The notes under the pieces: generated by a model
The model's input: only the letters and a program-made list of their open reading frames with translations
Databases searched by the model: none
Told to the model about the DNA's origin: nothing
Program-made: the position numbers and the translations under genes
Part shown: positions 1-9,700 of the stretch, piece after piece
Numbering within the stretch: position 1 is the stretch's first letter
Layout of the letters: the number at the start of each line of letters is the position of its first letter
Origin: Candidatus Multivoradales bacterium
GTDB lineage: Bacteria > Acidobacteriota > Thermoanaerobaculia > Multivoradales > Multivoraceae
Assembly: GCA_965223325.1 (NCBI GenBank)
Contig: CBDCWI010000001.1
Coordinates: 1,600,001-1,664,000, forward strand
Length of the DNA: 64,000 bases
Direction: 5' to 3'

Positions 1-55
1 CAAGAAGTCGGTCATGTCATCGAGCCACGATTCAAGAAATGGCGGCCAAAAGGAT

Positions 56-81
56 AGGCCCGGCGGAAAACCACCGGGCCT
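56..81 (-). terminator. Probable intrinsic terminator downstream of the minus-strand lipoprotein gene
   Basis: Hairpin AGGCCCGGTGG-TTTT-CCGCCGGGCCT (one G-U pair) on the minus strand, followed by ATCCTTTT, about 45 nt after the stop at 126. Confidence 0.5.
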
Positions 82-125
82 CGCGTTTCGTTGGCCAGAC
101 TGCGAGGTCCAGCACCCGCAAAAGA

Positions 126-956
126 CTACTCCTCGAGCAGCGCCTTGATCTCGGCAGGCGGCTCGAAGGCGCCTTCGGGAGCCGACTCGTAGTTGATTTC
201 GGTGATGGTGTTCTTGATCTCCATTCCCATCATTTTCATCGTCTGGCCCATCGGCACCATGATGCCGTCGTGCTCCTCGTAGGGGTTGTTGATGATCGTG
301 ACTTCGGCCTCGCCCATTTCGCTCACCTGGGTGGTGACCGTGCCCAGCACGAGAGACGATTCCTTGTCGTAGTAGCGCGTCTGCTTGGTGCCACCGGCAC
401 CGACCAGGTTCACTTCGTAGGCCGCTTTGCCTTCCCATTCGGTCTCACCGACTGTCTCGCTCTCGGGATACGCGGTATCGAACTCGAGCTCAGCCCAATA
501 GTTGGCTTCATCGGCGGCCTGGGCGAGCATGGTGCCCTCGAGCAGGGAGGCGCCCGTCATCGGGTTGACGCTCCAGCCAATCTCGCCGTTGTAGCCGTTG
601 CTCATCGAGCCCATGCCGCCCATCTCGATGTTGGTCACGACGAGGTTGGGAGCCTGGGCGTGGATGACGAGATCGCCTGAAACACCCATCGCTGGCAACT
701 CGAAGGTTCCCTTCATGTTGGTGCTGGGCTTGGCGCGCAGAGCGGCGGCACCGCCGACGGCCTCGACGTAGCGAGCGTTGAGCGCGCGCGGCGTGGGTAG
801 GCCGTTGTCGCCCATCTCCTGGGTGTAGTCGGGGGCCTTGGCAACGTCGCCACCGCCACCGCCACCACCGCCTGTCGATGCGCAGCCAACGGTAAAGGTG
901 AGAAGGGTGATCGATGCGAGGAGCACCAACAGCCTCGTTGCGGAAACTTTCTTCAT
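126..956 (-). CDS. Lipoprotein, probably LolA-like / outer-membrane lipoprotein-sorting fold
   Basis: ATG at 956 with AGGAG RBS; basic N-terminus, hydrophobic stretch and lipobox-like TVGC; Gly linker; 'YVEAVGG..', 'GYNGEIGW' and 'YYDKESSLV' motifs are typical of this family. Confidence 0.6.
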   Translation of the reverse strand: MKKVSATRLLVLLASITLLTFTVGCASTGGGGGGGGDVAKAPDYTQEMGDNGLPTPRALNARYVEAVGGAAALRAKPSTNMKGTFELPAMGVSGDLVIHAQAPNLVVTNIEMGGMGSMSNGYNGEIGWSVNPMTGASLLEGTMLAQAADEANYWAELEFDTAYPESETVGETEWEGKAAYEVNLVGAGGTKQTRYYDKESSLVLGTVTTQVSEMGEAEVTIINNPYEEHDGIMVPMGQTMKMMGMEIKNTITEINYESAPEGAFEPPAEIKALLEE

Positions 957-1192
957 GATTTTCTCCTGATCACCGAGAGGCGGCAACCGCAAAGGGCTGG
1001 CGCGTCGCGATGCTGCAGTTTGTCGAACGGAAAACAAGCTCGAAGTGACTCCCTGCGTACGCAGGGGCGGCCCGGTTCATTCGCCGAGGTTTCCCAGAGA
1101 AAGCGAGCCCGCGAGTCATCGTTACGGGGAGCTGGAGCTACAGCCTACTGCAAGGGGCGGTACGGGGCCCAAAGTGGTCCCTGGTGCCGCTT

Positions 1193-2572
1193 TCAGGGGC
1201 TACTGTCAGGGCGGTTGAGAGCCGACTCGAGCCAGGCGAAGGCAGCGTCCAGGACCTCATCGCGGCCTCCCTCTAGACCTCGACGGGTGACCGGCACGAC
1301 ATCATCGGGCTCGACACCTAGACCCTCGACCCGTTGCCCGCTGGGGCGCTCGAAGTCAGCCATGGCATGGACCAGGACGTCGCCATTGGGCAGCCGTTCC
1401 ATGGTGGCGGGGAGGGCCGCGCCGGCCGTTCGAGTACCGATGATTCTGGCCCGCCCGAGATCCTGCATTCCAGCGGCGAAGATCTCTGACGTACTCGCGC
1501 TGGCCGCGTCGACGAGCACTGCGACCGGACCGTCGAACACTTCAATGCGCTCGCCGCTGGTCGTCACGAGGCGCGGGTTGACGTTGTACTCGAGGGTGTT
1601 CGTTCGCGCCAGCATGCTGCCCATCGAGATCTTCTCGTCGATGAAGTAGCCGGCAACGCCCATCACCAGGCCGGCGACTCCGCCGGGATTGCCGCGCAGG
1701 TCGATGACGACGGCAGAAGCCTCGGCTAGCCGCGGCGCATTCTCATCCAACAGGGTCGAAACCGGCATCATCCAGGTGTTGAAGCGCACCAGGGCCACTT
1801 TGGTCGGCTGCCCATCATCACCCACCGGACCATCGACGACCTCGAAGCGACGTCTGACCGGCTGCGGCGGCAGGTTGCCGAACCGCACCACTTCGAGGTC
1901 GGCAGGCAGTGACCGTGCGATCGAAAGGCTCTGGGTCTCACCGTCCTCTCCCGCTCTTTCGATCACCAGATCCAGAGTGCTGCCCTCCTCGCCGGCCATG
2001 AGCGCAGTGAGAACCTGGCGGGCGAACACGTCGATCGATCGCCCGCCGAGATGATCGTCGGTGCACTGCCACGCCAGTAGGGGGTCGAAACCCGAAAGGC
2101 CGACGAGGCGATCGCCCACTGTGAGACCCGCCTCTTCTGCGCCACCTCCGGGATCGAGGTGCGAGACCAGGACCTCGCCCTCGACGTTCAGGGCCTCGAA
2201 CCCGGGTGTTGCATGACCGGAGCTGACACCGGCCAGAAGCTCGTCCCAGGCGTTCTGGTCGCAGCTCTCCGGAAGCGGCGTCGCGCCGTCGTCGGCACTG
2301 GCAGGAATGATCGCGAAGTGCGACTGCCCAAGGCGTTCGATCATCGATTGCATCACCCGTCGGAGGGCGGCATCCGATTCGGCCGCACGCGCGAGTGGTC
2401 GCAGCTCATCCTTGATCGCCGGCCAATCGACGCCCCCGAAGTCGGGATCCCAATAGCGCTGGTCGACCAGCGACCAGGCGCGATCGAAAGTCTCGAGATT
2501 GCGCATCTCCCGCGCCTCGATGTCCTCGTCGGATAGCGCTTCTTCAGCTGCCTCCGACGCCGTGCTCACCAC
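1193..2572 (-). CDS. S41 family (tail-specific/C-terminal processing) peptidase with PDZ domain
   Basis: IDLRGNPGG, SASTSEIFA catalytic Ser region, IIGTRTAG, EGLGVEPD; start uncertain. Confidence 0.9.
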   Translation of the reverse strand: MVSTASEAAEEALSDEDIEAREMRNLETFDRAWSLVDQRYWDPDFGGVDWPAIKDELRPLARAAESDAALRRVMQSMIERLGQSHFAIIPASADDGATPLPESCDQNAWDELLAGVSSGHATPGFEALNVEGEVLVSHLDPGGGAEEAGLTVGDRLVGLSGFDPLLAWQCTDDHLGGRSIDVFARQVLTALMAGEEGSTLDLVIERAGEDGETQSLSIARSLPADLEVVRFGNLPPQPVRRRFEVVDGPVGDDGQPTKVALVRFNTWMMPVSTLLDENAPRLAEASAVVIDLRGNPGGVAGLVMGVAGYFIDEKISMGSMLARTNTLEYNVNPRLVTTSGERIEVFDGPVAVLVDAASASTSEIFAAGMQDLGRARIIGTRTAGAALPATMERLPNGDVLVHAMADFERPSGQRVEGLGVEPDDVVPVTRRGLEGGRDEVLDAAFAWLESALNRPDSSP

Positions 2573-2639
2573 CTGCGGCAGCGCAACGGAAGCGCAGGCG
2601 GCGAGGAGCAGGAGCGCGCTGAGGCTCTGACGGAGCGGT

Positions 2640-3533
2640 TCAGCGATCGTTGCGATAGCTGTCGAGCCCTATGGCGCTGCCAGGTTGACGAATGGCCAGT
2701 GCGCGCCACGCCTCTTGGTCGACCGGGCGCCCGTAACCGAAGCCGCTCGCCCTGAAACCGCCGTACCAGAGGCCGGGAGTGGGAAGTCGCGGCACCGGTT
2801 CTTCCCGCTCGACTTCAGCCTGCTGTTCGAGAACATCGCGGATCAACTCGACCTGGGCGACTGCCACGTCAGCGGCGGTCGCTTGACCTCTATCGTTCGC
2901 CGCTCCGCCAGCCACCAAAGCGGGCTCGGGGGTGGCGGACTGTATGGACCGCTCGGCTTCGGCGACGCGCCGCCGCGCCTCGCTCCTGTCGAGCCATTCG
3001 CCGTCGTAGTGCACGAGCCCCTGGAGCCGCATCAGCACATCGTGGGCTACCCACTGGCCGCTTTCATGATCGCGCAGGTAATCGATTTTGGCCATCGCCG
3101 GCACCAGTGCCGGTGCACCGGGGTCGACCGCCGCCGCCCCGAGCACGCAGGCCCGTGCCTGCTCGGGGAGCTCGGCCTGCCAGGCCCAGTCGGCAAGTTC
3201 GAGCCAGGCCCCGGCGGTCGCCGACGTACGCGCTGCCAAAGCCGCGCGGCGGGTCTCGAACTCAGCCCGTGGGGTGGTCTTTCGCTCGACCCGCTCAATC
3301 CGCGACCAGGGAAGGGCGATCTCACCGATCTCGAGCTGGACGACCAGCCGATCGCCGCGCTCTTCGGTCAACACGTCCTCGAAGACCTGACCGTTGTTGA
3401 GGTAGACGTCGTCACCTGAGGCGGCACCCGCCAACAGAAAGGCCGGCGCGACCAGCCCCAGGAGCACCTTCACAGGAAGAGCCTTCACTGGAAGAACCTT
3501 CGCGGAGTTTGTCGACAATGGTGGGCGTGTCAT
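2640..3533 (-). CDS. Secreted hypothetical protein
   Basis: Signal peptide then 'DDVYLNNGQVFE..' beta-domain, helical 'AWLELADWA' segment and 'YDGEWL' motif; co-oriented with the operon. Confidence 0.65.
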   Translation of the reverse strand: MTRPPLSTNSAKVLPVKALPVKVLLGLVAPAFLLAGAASGDDVYLNNGQVFEDVLTEERGDRLVVQLEIGEIALPWSRIERVERKTTPRAEFETRRAALAARTSATAGAWLELADWAWQAELPEQARACVLGAAAVDPGAPALVPAMAKIDYLRDHESGQWVAHDVLMRLQGLVHYDGEWLDRSEARRRVAEAERSIQSATPEPALVAGGAANDRGQATAADVAVAQVELIRDVLEQQAEVEREEPVPRLPTPGLWYGGFRASGFGYGRPVDQEAWRALAIRQPGSAIGLDSYRNDR

Positions 3534-3575
3534 GGAAACACCTTGCCTTCGAAGGGTGGACTCTTCGCAACACAC

Positions 3576-4859
3576 TCAGAACGAGTTCGATTCCGACGAG
3601 TCTACCCCGCCGGGTGGCCCAACCGGCGACACCCAGGGCGGTGGCAAGACGGCATCTGGATCGAGCCCCTGCCGGACCCGGCGAAGCAGCTCGGTATCAG
3701 AAGCAGCAGAATCCCCAGAAGCAGCAAAGCGTTCGGCACTTGATCCTTCCCCTTCACCGTGAATCAACAACCCCGAAACGCCGAGGCGCTCCAGGCAACC
3801 GAGGAGCTCGCCAGCTCGCGCAGCCGAAACCGAAAGCCACCCGCGACGCGCGGCTCCCTCCCACCGTCGGGTGGTCGCGATCGAACGGACCGCCTCATCG
3901 ATCTCGGGTTGACGAGCAACCGGTGCCACGACCCGAACGGTCGTGCGCCCGGTGCTGCGATCGACTGGTTGGGCATGACCACCAGCTCCCTCGAGTGAAA
4001 GGTTAGAAGCGCCCGCCCAGACCGCCGCCTCTTCTCGAGCCTCGAGGGCGCGCAGCTCGATCGAAGCGCCTTCTTCCCTGGCGTACTGCAAAACGGAATC
4101 GGCGAGGCGGTCGAGCCGCGGCCCGACTGCCGCCTCGAAGCCGCCAAGACGCGCGATCACCACGCCCGCTCCAGAAACACCATCAGATGCTGCATTGGAG
4201 GCAGGAAGCCACGCGAGGCCGTGCAGCTCGTGCGCCGACGAACCAACCGCACCGGTCGCCAACCCATCATGGATGATCGCACAGTGCGCGTCACTGGCCC
4301 TGATCTCGAGCGACGCCCACGCCCGCGGGCATGGGAACACCTTGAAGGTGGCCTCGGTCAAGACCGCTAGCGAGCCCACCGCACCGACCAACAGCTTGGG
4401 CAGGTCAAAGCCCGCCGCGTTCTTGACCACTCGACTCCCCGCGCGCGCCAGGCTGCCGGTGCCATCGACGAAGCCGATGCCGAGCAGAAAGTCGCGCATT
4501 CCGCCATAACGAATCGACCCTGGACCATCGGCCGCAGCGGCGATCGTGCCGCCAAGCGTTGCCCCCGAAGACACCAGGATCGGGTCGAAGGGCATGTACT
4601 GACCGTGCTCGGCGAGGGCATGCTGCAGCTGCCAGAGAGGCGTCGCCGCCCGTGCCGTGACCGTGTACTCCTCGGGGCGATACTCGAGAATGCCGGCCAG
4701 GTGCGAAAGATCGAGCGCCACTTCGTCAGCGCGAGCATGAGAAAGAGGTCGTTTCGAACCGCCCGCGCAGGGCCGCAAGTTCTGGCCCAGGCTCACCGCC
4801 TGTTGCACGGCCTCAACCAGAGTCGCGGCATCTTCAACTACCAGCGTCTCAGCGCTCAT
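3576..4859 (-). CDS. glcE: Glycolate oxidase FAD-binding subunit GlcE-like
   Basis: GGSK, YRPEEYTVTARA, GSRVVKNAAGFDLPKL motifs; directly follows glcD. Confidence 0.85.
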   Translation of the reverse strand: MSAETLVVEDAATLVEAVQQAVSLGQNLRPCAGGSKRPLSHARADEVALDLSHLAGILEYRPEEYTVTARAATPLWQLQHALAEHGQYMPFDPILVSSGATLGGTIAAAADGPGSIRYGGMRDFLLGIGFVDGTGSLARAGSRVVKNAAGFDLPKLLVGAVGSLAVLTEATFKVFPCPRAWASLEIRASDAHCAIIHDGLATGAVGSSAHELHGLAWLPASNAASDGVSGAGVVIARLGGFEAAVGPRLDRLADSVLQYAREEGASIELRALEAREEAAVWAGASNLSLEGAGGHAQPVDRSTGRTTVRVVAPVARQPEIDEAVRSIATTRRWEGAARRGWLSVSAARAGELLGCLERLGVSGLLIHGEGEGSSAERFAASGDSAASDTELLRRVRQGLDPDAVLPPPWVSPVGPPGGVDSSESNSF

Positions 4860-4877
4860 CGGACGACGACCCTCCGG

Positions 4878-6317
4878 TTACTCACGCGAGATCACGCCAG
4901 CGCGCTCGAGCGGATGGGGCGAAACCGAAGTGAGCGCCGGCGCTTCGGACCCAGGCAGCATCTTGCCGCGGTTGGCCACACCCAGGGGGTCGATGGCATC
5001 GCGCAAGCGGAACATGACGTCGAGATCGGACTGTTCGAACATGTCTCCCATGTAGGGACGCTTCTCCACCCCCACTCCGTGCTCGCCAGTGATCGATCCA
5101 CCCAGGCGCACACACATCTTGAGAATCTCGCCGGCGAGTACCTCGGCGCGTTCGAGTTGGTCTCGCTGCGAGCCGTCGTAGAGGATCAGTGGGTGGAGGT
5201 TGCCATCCCCAGCGTGGAAGACATTCGCCACCCGGAGATCGTGCTCGCGCGACAGCCGTTCGACTTCCTCGAGCGCTTCACCCAGGCGACTGCGTGGCAC
5301 CACGCCGTCTTGCACGAGATAGTCGGGCGAAATGCGGCCGACGGCCGAGAACGCTCCCTTGCGCCCCTTCCAGATGCGCGCGCGCTCCGAAGCTGAGGTC
5401 GCCAGTCGCCATTCGACCGGGCCCGTTCTTCGGATCACTCGGTCGAGCTCGGCCGCTTCGGCCGCGACCTCTTCACGGGCGCCCTCGAGTTCGACCAGCA
5501 GAAGTGCGGCGCAATCGGGGTAGCCCGCATCGACAGCAGCCTCTGCGGCCTCGATGGCGAGCCGATCCATGATCTCCATCGCCGCCGGCAGAAGGCCGCT
5601 TCCGACGACCGCCGAAACGGCATCACCGGCGGCGGAGAGTGACCCGTACGCCGCCAGGACCGTGTGCACCGCCTCCGGACGAGGCAAAAGGCGGAGGGTG
5701 ATCTCGAGGGCGATGCCGAAGAGGCCCTCGCTCCCAACGAACAACCCGGGCAGATCGGGCCCCGGGCGCTGGCCGTCGGCTGACCCGATGTCGACCAGGG
5801 TGCCATCGGGGAGCACGACTTTCATCGCCAGCACGTGGTTACTGGTCATGCCATAGCGCAGACAGTGCGCGCCGCCGGAGTTGAAGGCGACATTGCCGCC
5901 AATCGTGCACACCGACTGCGACGACGGGTCGGGCGAGTAGTACAGTCCATGCGGCTCGGCACGCTCGCTCACTGCCAGGTTGACGACTCCCGGTTCCACC
6001 ACCGCGATCCTGCGACTGGGATCGAGCTCGAGAATGCGGTCGAGCTGGTTGAGCGCGATCACGACTCCGTCGGCCACCGGCAGTGAGCCTCCCGAGAGGC
6101 TCGTTCCCGCCCCACGTGCGACGAAGGGCATGCCCCGGCGATGGCAGAGGCGTACGGTTTCGATGACGTCCTGGGCAGTGCCTGCCATCACCACCACCCG
6201 GGGCTGCTCGCGAAAGGCGGTCAAGCCATCTGAGACGAAGGGCAGAAGCTGACCGCGTTGGGTCAGCACACGCGCTTTCGGGATCCGCTCGGCAAGCTCG
6301 CTCGAGAAGTCGGTCAC
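4878..6317 (-). CDS. glcD: Glycolate oxidase subunit GlcD-like FAD-linked oxidase
   Basis: [31 protein letters not shown] motifs. Confidence 0.9.
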   Translation of the reverse strand: MTDFSSELAERIPKARVLTQRGQLLPFVSDGLTAFREQPRVVVMAGTAQDVIETVRLCHRRGMPFVARGAGTSLSGGSLPVADGVVIALNQLDRILELDPSRRIAVVEPGVVNLAVSERAEPHGLYYSPDPSSQSVCTIGGNVAFNSGGAHCLRYGMTSNHVLAMKVVLPDGTLVDIGSADGQRPGPDLPGLFVGSEGLFGIALEITLRLLPRPEAVHTVLAAYGSLSAAGDAVSAVVGSGLLPAAMEIMDRLAIEAAEAAVDAGYPDCAALLLVELEGAREEVAAEAAELDRVIRRTGPVEWRLATSASERARIWKGRKGAFSAVGRISPDYLVQDGVVPRSRLGEALEEVERLSREHDLRVANVFHAGDGNLHPLILYDGSQRDQLERAEVLAGEILKMCVRLGGSITGEHGVGVEKRPYMGDMFEQSDLDVMFRLRDAIDPLGVANRGKMLPGSEAPALTSVSPHPLERAGVISRE

Positions 6318-6767
6318 GTCGTCCTGGCTCGGAGATGTAGCTCGAAGATGGAAAGAGATTGAGGCCTCGTAAGCCCGCCGACCCTACCTGAAGGGCTTCA
6401 GCTGGAGCCGCCCAACAGGGCTGCCTTGTTTCTTTGGCTCTTTAACCATTTTTCAGAGAAAAACGAGTCAACAAGCTCTACGATTCCTGCGCTCGCGATC
6501 GAGCAGCAAGAACATGAACTAGACTCTGCGCATCCCTTTTCTTGATTTGCCTTGGCTTGTTTGGGTTCGCGTGAACGTTCCCTTTGGCTTCCCGTCGGGG
6601 AGTCGGCCCTTCTCCAGAAGGCCTGAGCCGTTACCTGAACGCCCTATCGCGCCTTAGTCCCTGTGCCCGATCCTTTTTCGGGGCACCCCATCGTTGCAGG
6701 ATCTCGCGTGGGACCGGAAGTCGGAAGTCTTCCGGTGACCGCGGAACCTCAGGAGGGTTTTTGCCCA

Positions 6768-9700
6768 ATGAAACATTCAAGTCTTCGATCGATCCGTTTC
6801 TCCGCCGCGCTTTCTGTCGGAGTCGCGCTCCTCGCCGCTCTCGCCTTGCCGCGCAGCACAGAGGCCGACGATCGCGATCTGCTTCGCAGTCGCAACAGTC
6901 GACCCTACGTCTTCGCGATCATCGACACCTCGTCGTCGATGAACCGTCGACCCATCGGCCCAACGGCAATCGCCAGCATCGACGACCCTCAGTCTCGCCT
7001 GTACCTGGCGAAGTCGGCGCTCTACGAAGTGGTCTCCGATGAAGAGCTTCAGCGCAACGCCATCTTCGGCTGGGCGCACTTCAACTACGAGAACTACTTC
7101 GCCAAACGCAAGCATTTCGTCTACACCCGCACCAGCGATTCGGCCGCGCCAGCCTGGTTCTCCGAGTTGCCCTGGCCGGTCCCGGGCGAACCGCTCTTCT
7201 TTGGCGATCCGGTTTCAATCGACGGCGGCGACGCCAACTACCGCAGTTGTTCGCTGCCCGACAACAACCAGAACGATAGCGATCGCCTGCGGCGTCTCAA
7301 CTACTTCCCGAAGCTGGGTTCAAGCTTCAACCAGCCGATGCAGATGGTTAGCTTCATCAACGGCAACGATTGGCAGATCAACCTCGGCGTTCCAACGTCG
7401 GGAACGATTGGCGCGCCCTCGGCAGACGGCCGGGTGAGTATTCCGGTCACGGTGATCAAAGGCTGCGCTGGAAGCCCCACCCCAGACCGCATCTTCACCG
7501 ACACCCTTGTCGTCGAACCACTCTTTGTCGACGCCGACGGTGACGGCAATCTGATTCCGGGTTTCGAAGCGCCGGGCGCTGGCGGGCCACTGCAGCTGCC
7601 AAGCAGCTTCGTCGCCAACCGTTTCAGCGGCCAGAACTTCGGCCTTGGCGGCCTCGATGATCGCTCTTCGATCAGCGCCTGCTCGTCGACGACCCAGCTT
7701 GATGTAACCGACGCGGCTGGTGTCCTGAGCTCCGATCTCTCCTATCCACGCTACGACGACCCACTCAACCGCGGCAATGCCTTCGCACGTGGCGACCTGA
7801 TCCCGTGGGACTGGGTCAACTACCAGAATCGCTTCGACGCCGACGGCGTCAAGATTCCGCCGCCGCCAGGGTTCGAGCGCACGGCCGCCGAAGAGATTCT
7901 GGCGCGCCTGGCTCCCAACACGGTGGTCGATGGTGAAGCGGTCCTCGACGCGGACGGCAAGAAGATTCCGGACTTCCGCGTCGCGCGCTACTTCGATCAC
8001 GACGCGCCGCTGATCGGGAACTACAAGATGCCGCTCAGATCCCAGTTCGCGAACAATCCACCGATTGCCGCCGGAGGCGGTACCCCGCTGGCCGGCGTGC
8101 TCGAGGACTTCGGCGAGTGGTTCGACGCATGGGAAGCGGTCGCCGAGCTCCCCGCCGCCGATGGCGGTGACCCGAACTACGAATGTCGCCAACGTTTTGT
8201 GATTCTGCTCACCGACGGCCAGGAGAGTTGCGGTGGCGACCCGGCAGCCGCCGCGTCTGCCCTGCTCGGGAAAAAGGTCAAGACCTTTGTCATCGGTTTC
8301 GGTGATGGCCTGACCGGTCGCCTCGACGACATCGCCGATGCAGGTGGCACGGGCTCCCATGACACCAACGGAAACGGTATTCCTGACTGCGCCGAGTACT
8401 TCCCCGAAGACGACGACAACAACGGTGTCGTCGACTGCGTCGAAGAGGGCGCTCCGGTTGCCGAAGACCGCGACGAACTGGTGCGGGTTCTCAAGCGGCT
8501 GGTCGGAGCGACCGGCGAACAGACCGGCGCAGCGACTTTCAGTGCCGGTGGCGTCCCAGCTCAGAACTCGTTCTCACCGTTCTCGGCCTACTTCGGAAAC
8601 TTCTTTCCCATCCAGGGGTCCTCGACCTGGCACGGCCGCGTCAGTCACTTCGTCAGGCCACTCTCCCAAGCCTTCCAGGCAGTCATCGATCCGTTGGCCG
8701 CCGATCGCTGCGAGGAGCGCAATGAACTCTTCTGCCTGGCCTGGGAGGCCAATTCGGTGATGCTCGGGCTCGACTCGGGCAACGATCAGGTACCCAGCCA
8801 GGCCGAGATCGACGCCGGTGACCTCCGCCTCGGTCTTCTCCCCAGCCAGCGCCGAGTCCTCTACACCATCGAGCCGGGTGTGGACGGTCGTGTTGGGCTG
8901 GCATCGCGGATGTTCGAACCTGCGACGGGTGCGGCCCTCCGCCTCGACCTGATCGACGGTCTGGGTTACCCGCTCAACGAGCCAGACGTCGACAGCAAGA
9001 TCGACAACGTAGTTGCCAGAACACTGGTCGAAAAGGCCTCACCGAACAGCTTCGTGGGTTCTCGAATCCTCGGTGACTCTCTGCACGCGCAATCGACTCT
9101 GGTCGGCGGTCCGTCGCGCACGTTGTACCTGCGCGACGAGGTACGAGACGAGGATCGCAGCGACGGGTACAAGGAGTTTTTCGACAAGCACCGCACCCGC
9201 CGCCGGATGCTCTACGTTCCAGCCAACGACGGCCAGATCCACGCCATCGATGCCGGTAACTTCTCAGAGGAACAAGCACCGCCCGACGAACCGCCGTACC
9301 GCACTCCGTTCGACCTCGGTACCGGACAGGAGGTCTTCTCCTACATTCCGCGCTTGATGCTGCCGCACGTGAGGCGACTCACCGAAACCACGGATCATGA
9401 GCTGGGAATCGACGACACGCCCGTGCGCGATGACTTCTTCATCGATCCCCGGCACGACGGCATTCCCACGGTAACCGAGCGCGAGTGGCGCACCGTTCTG
9501 GTGGGAGGCCTTCGCGAAGGCGGCTCGGGCTACTACGCGCTCGATGTCACCCAACCCGACAAGCTCGTTGAATCGAGCGAGAACCCGGACCTGCTGATCC
9601 CGCAGACCACCGCCAGCTACGTGCCGACCTGCATCACCAGCTACAACGAGGCCGACTGCGGCCCCGTCGAGTTCCCGAAGATGCTGTGGGAGTTCCAGGA

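Noticed and set aside
6520-6560. c-di-GMP-I riboswitch-like GGCAAA..GAAA..GGGA on the minus strand
   Set aside because: The stem around GAAA does not pair, and the orientation is away from pilY1
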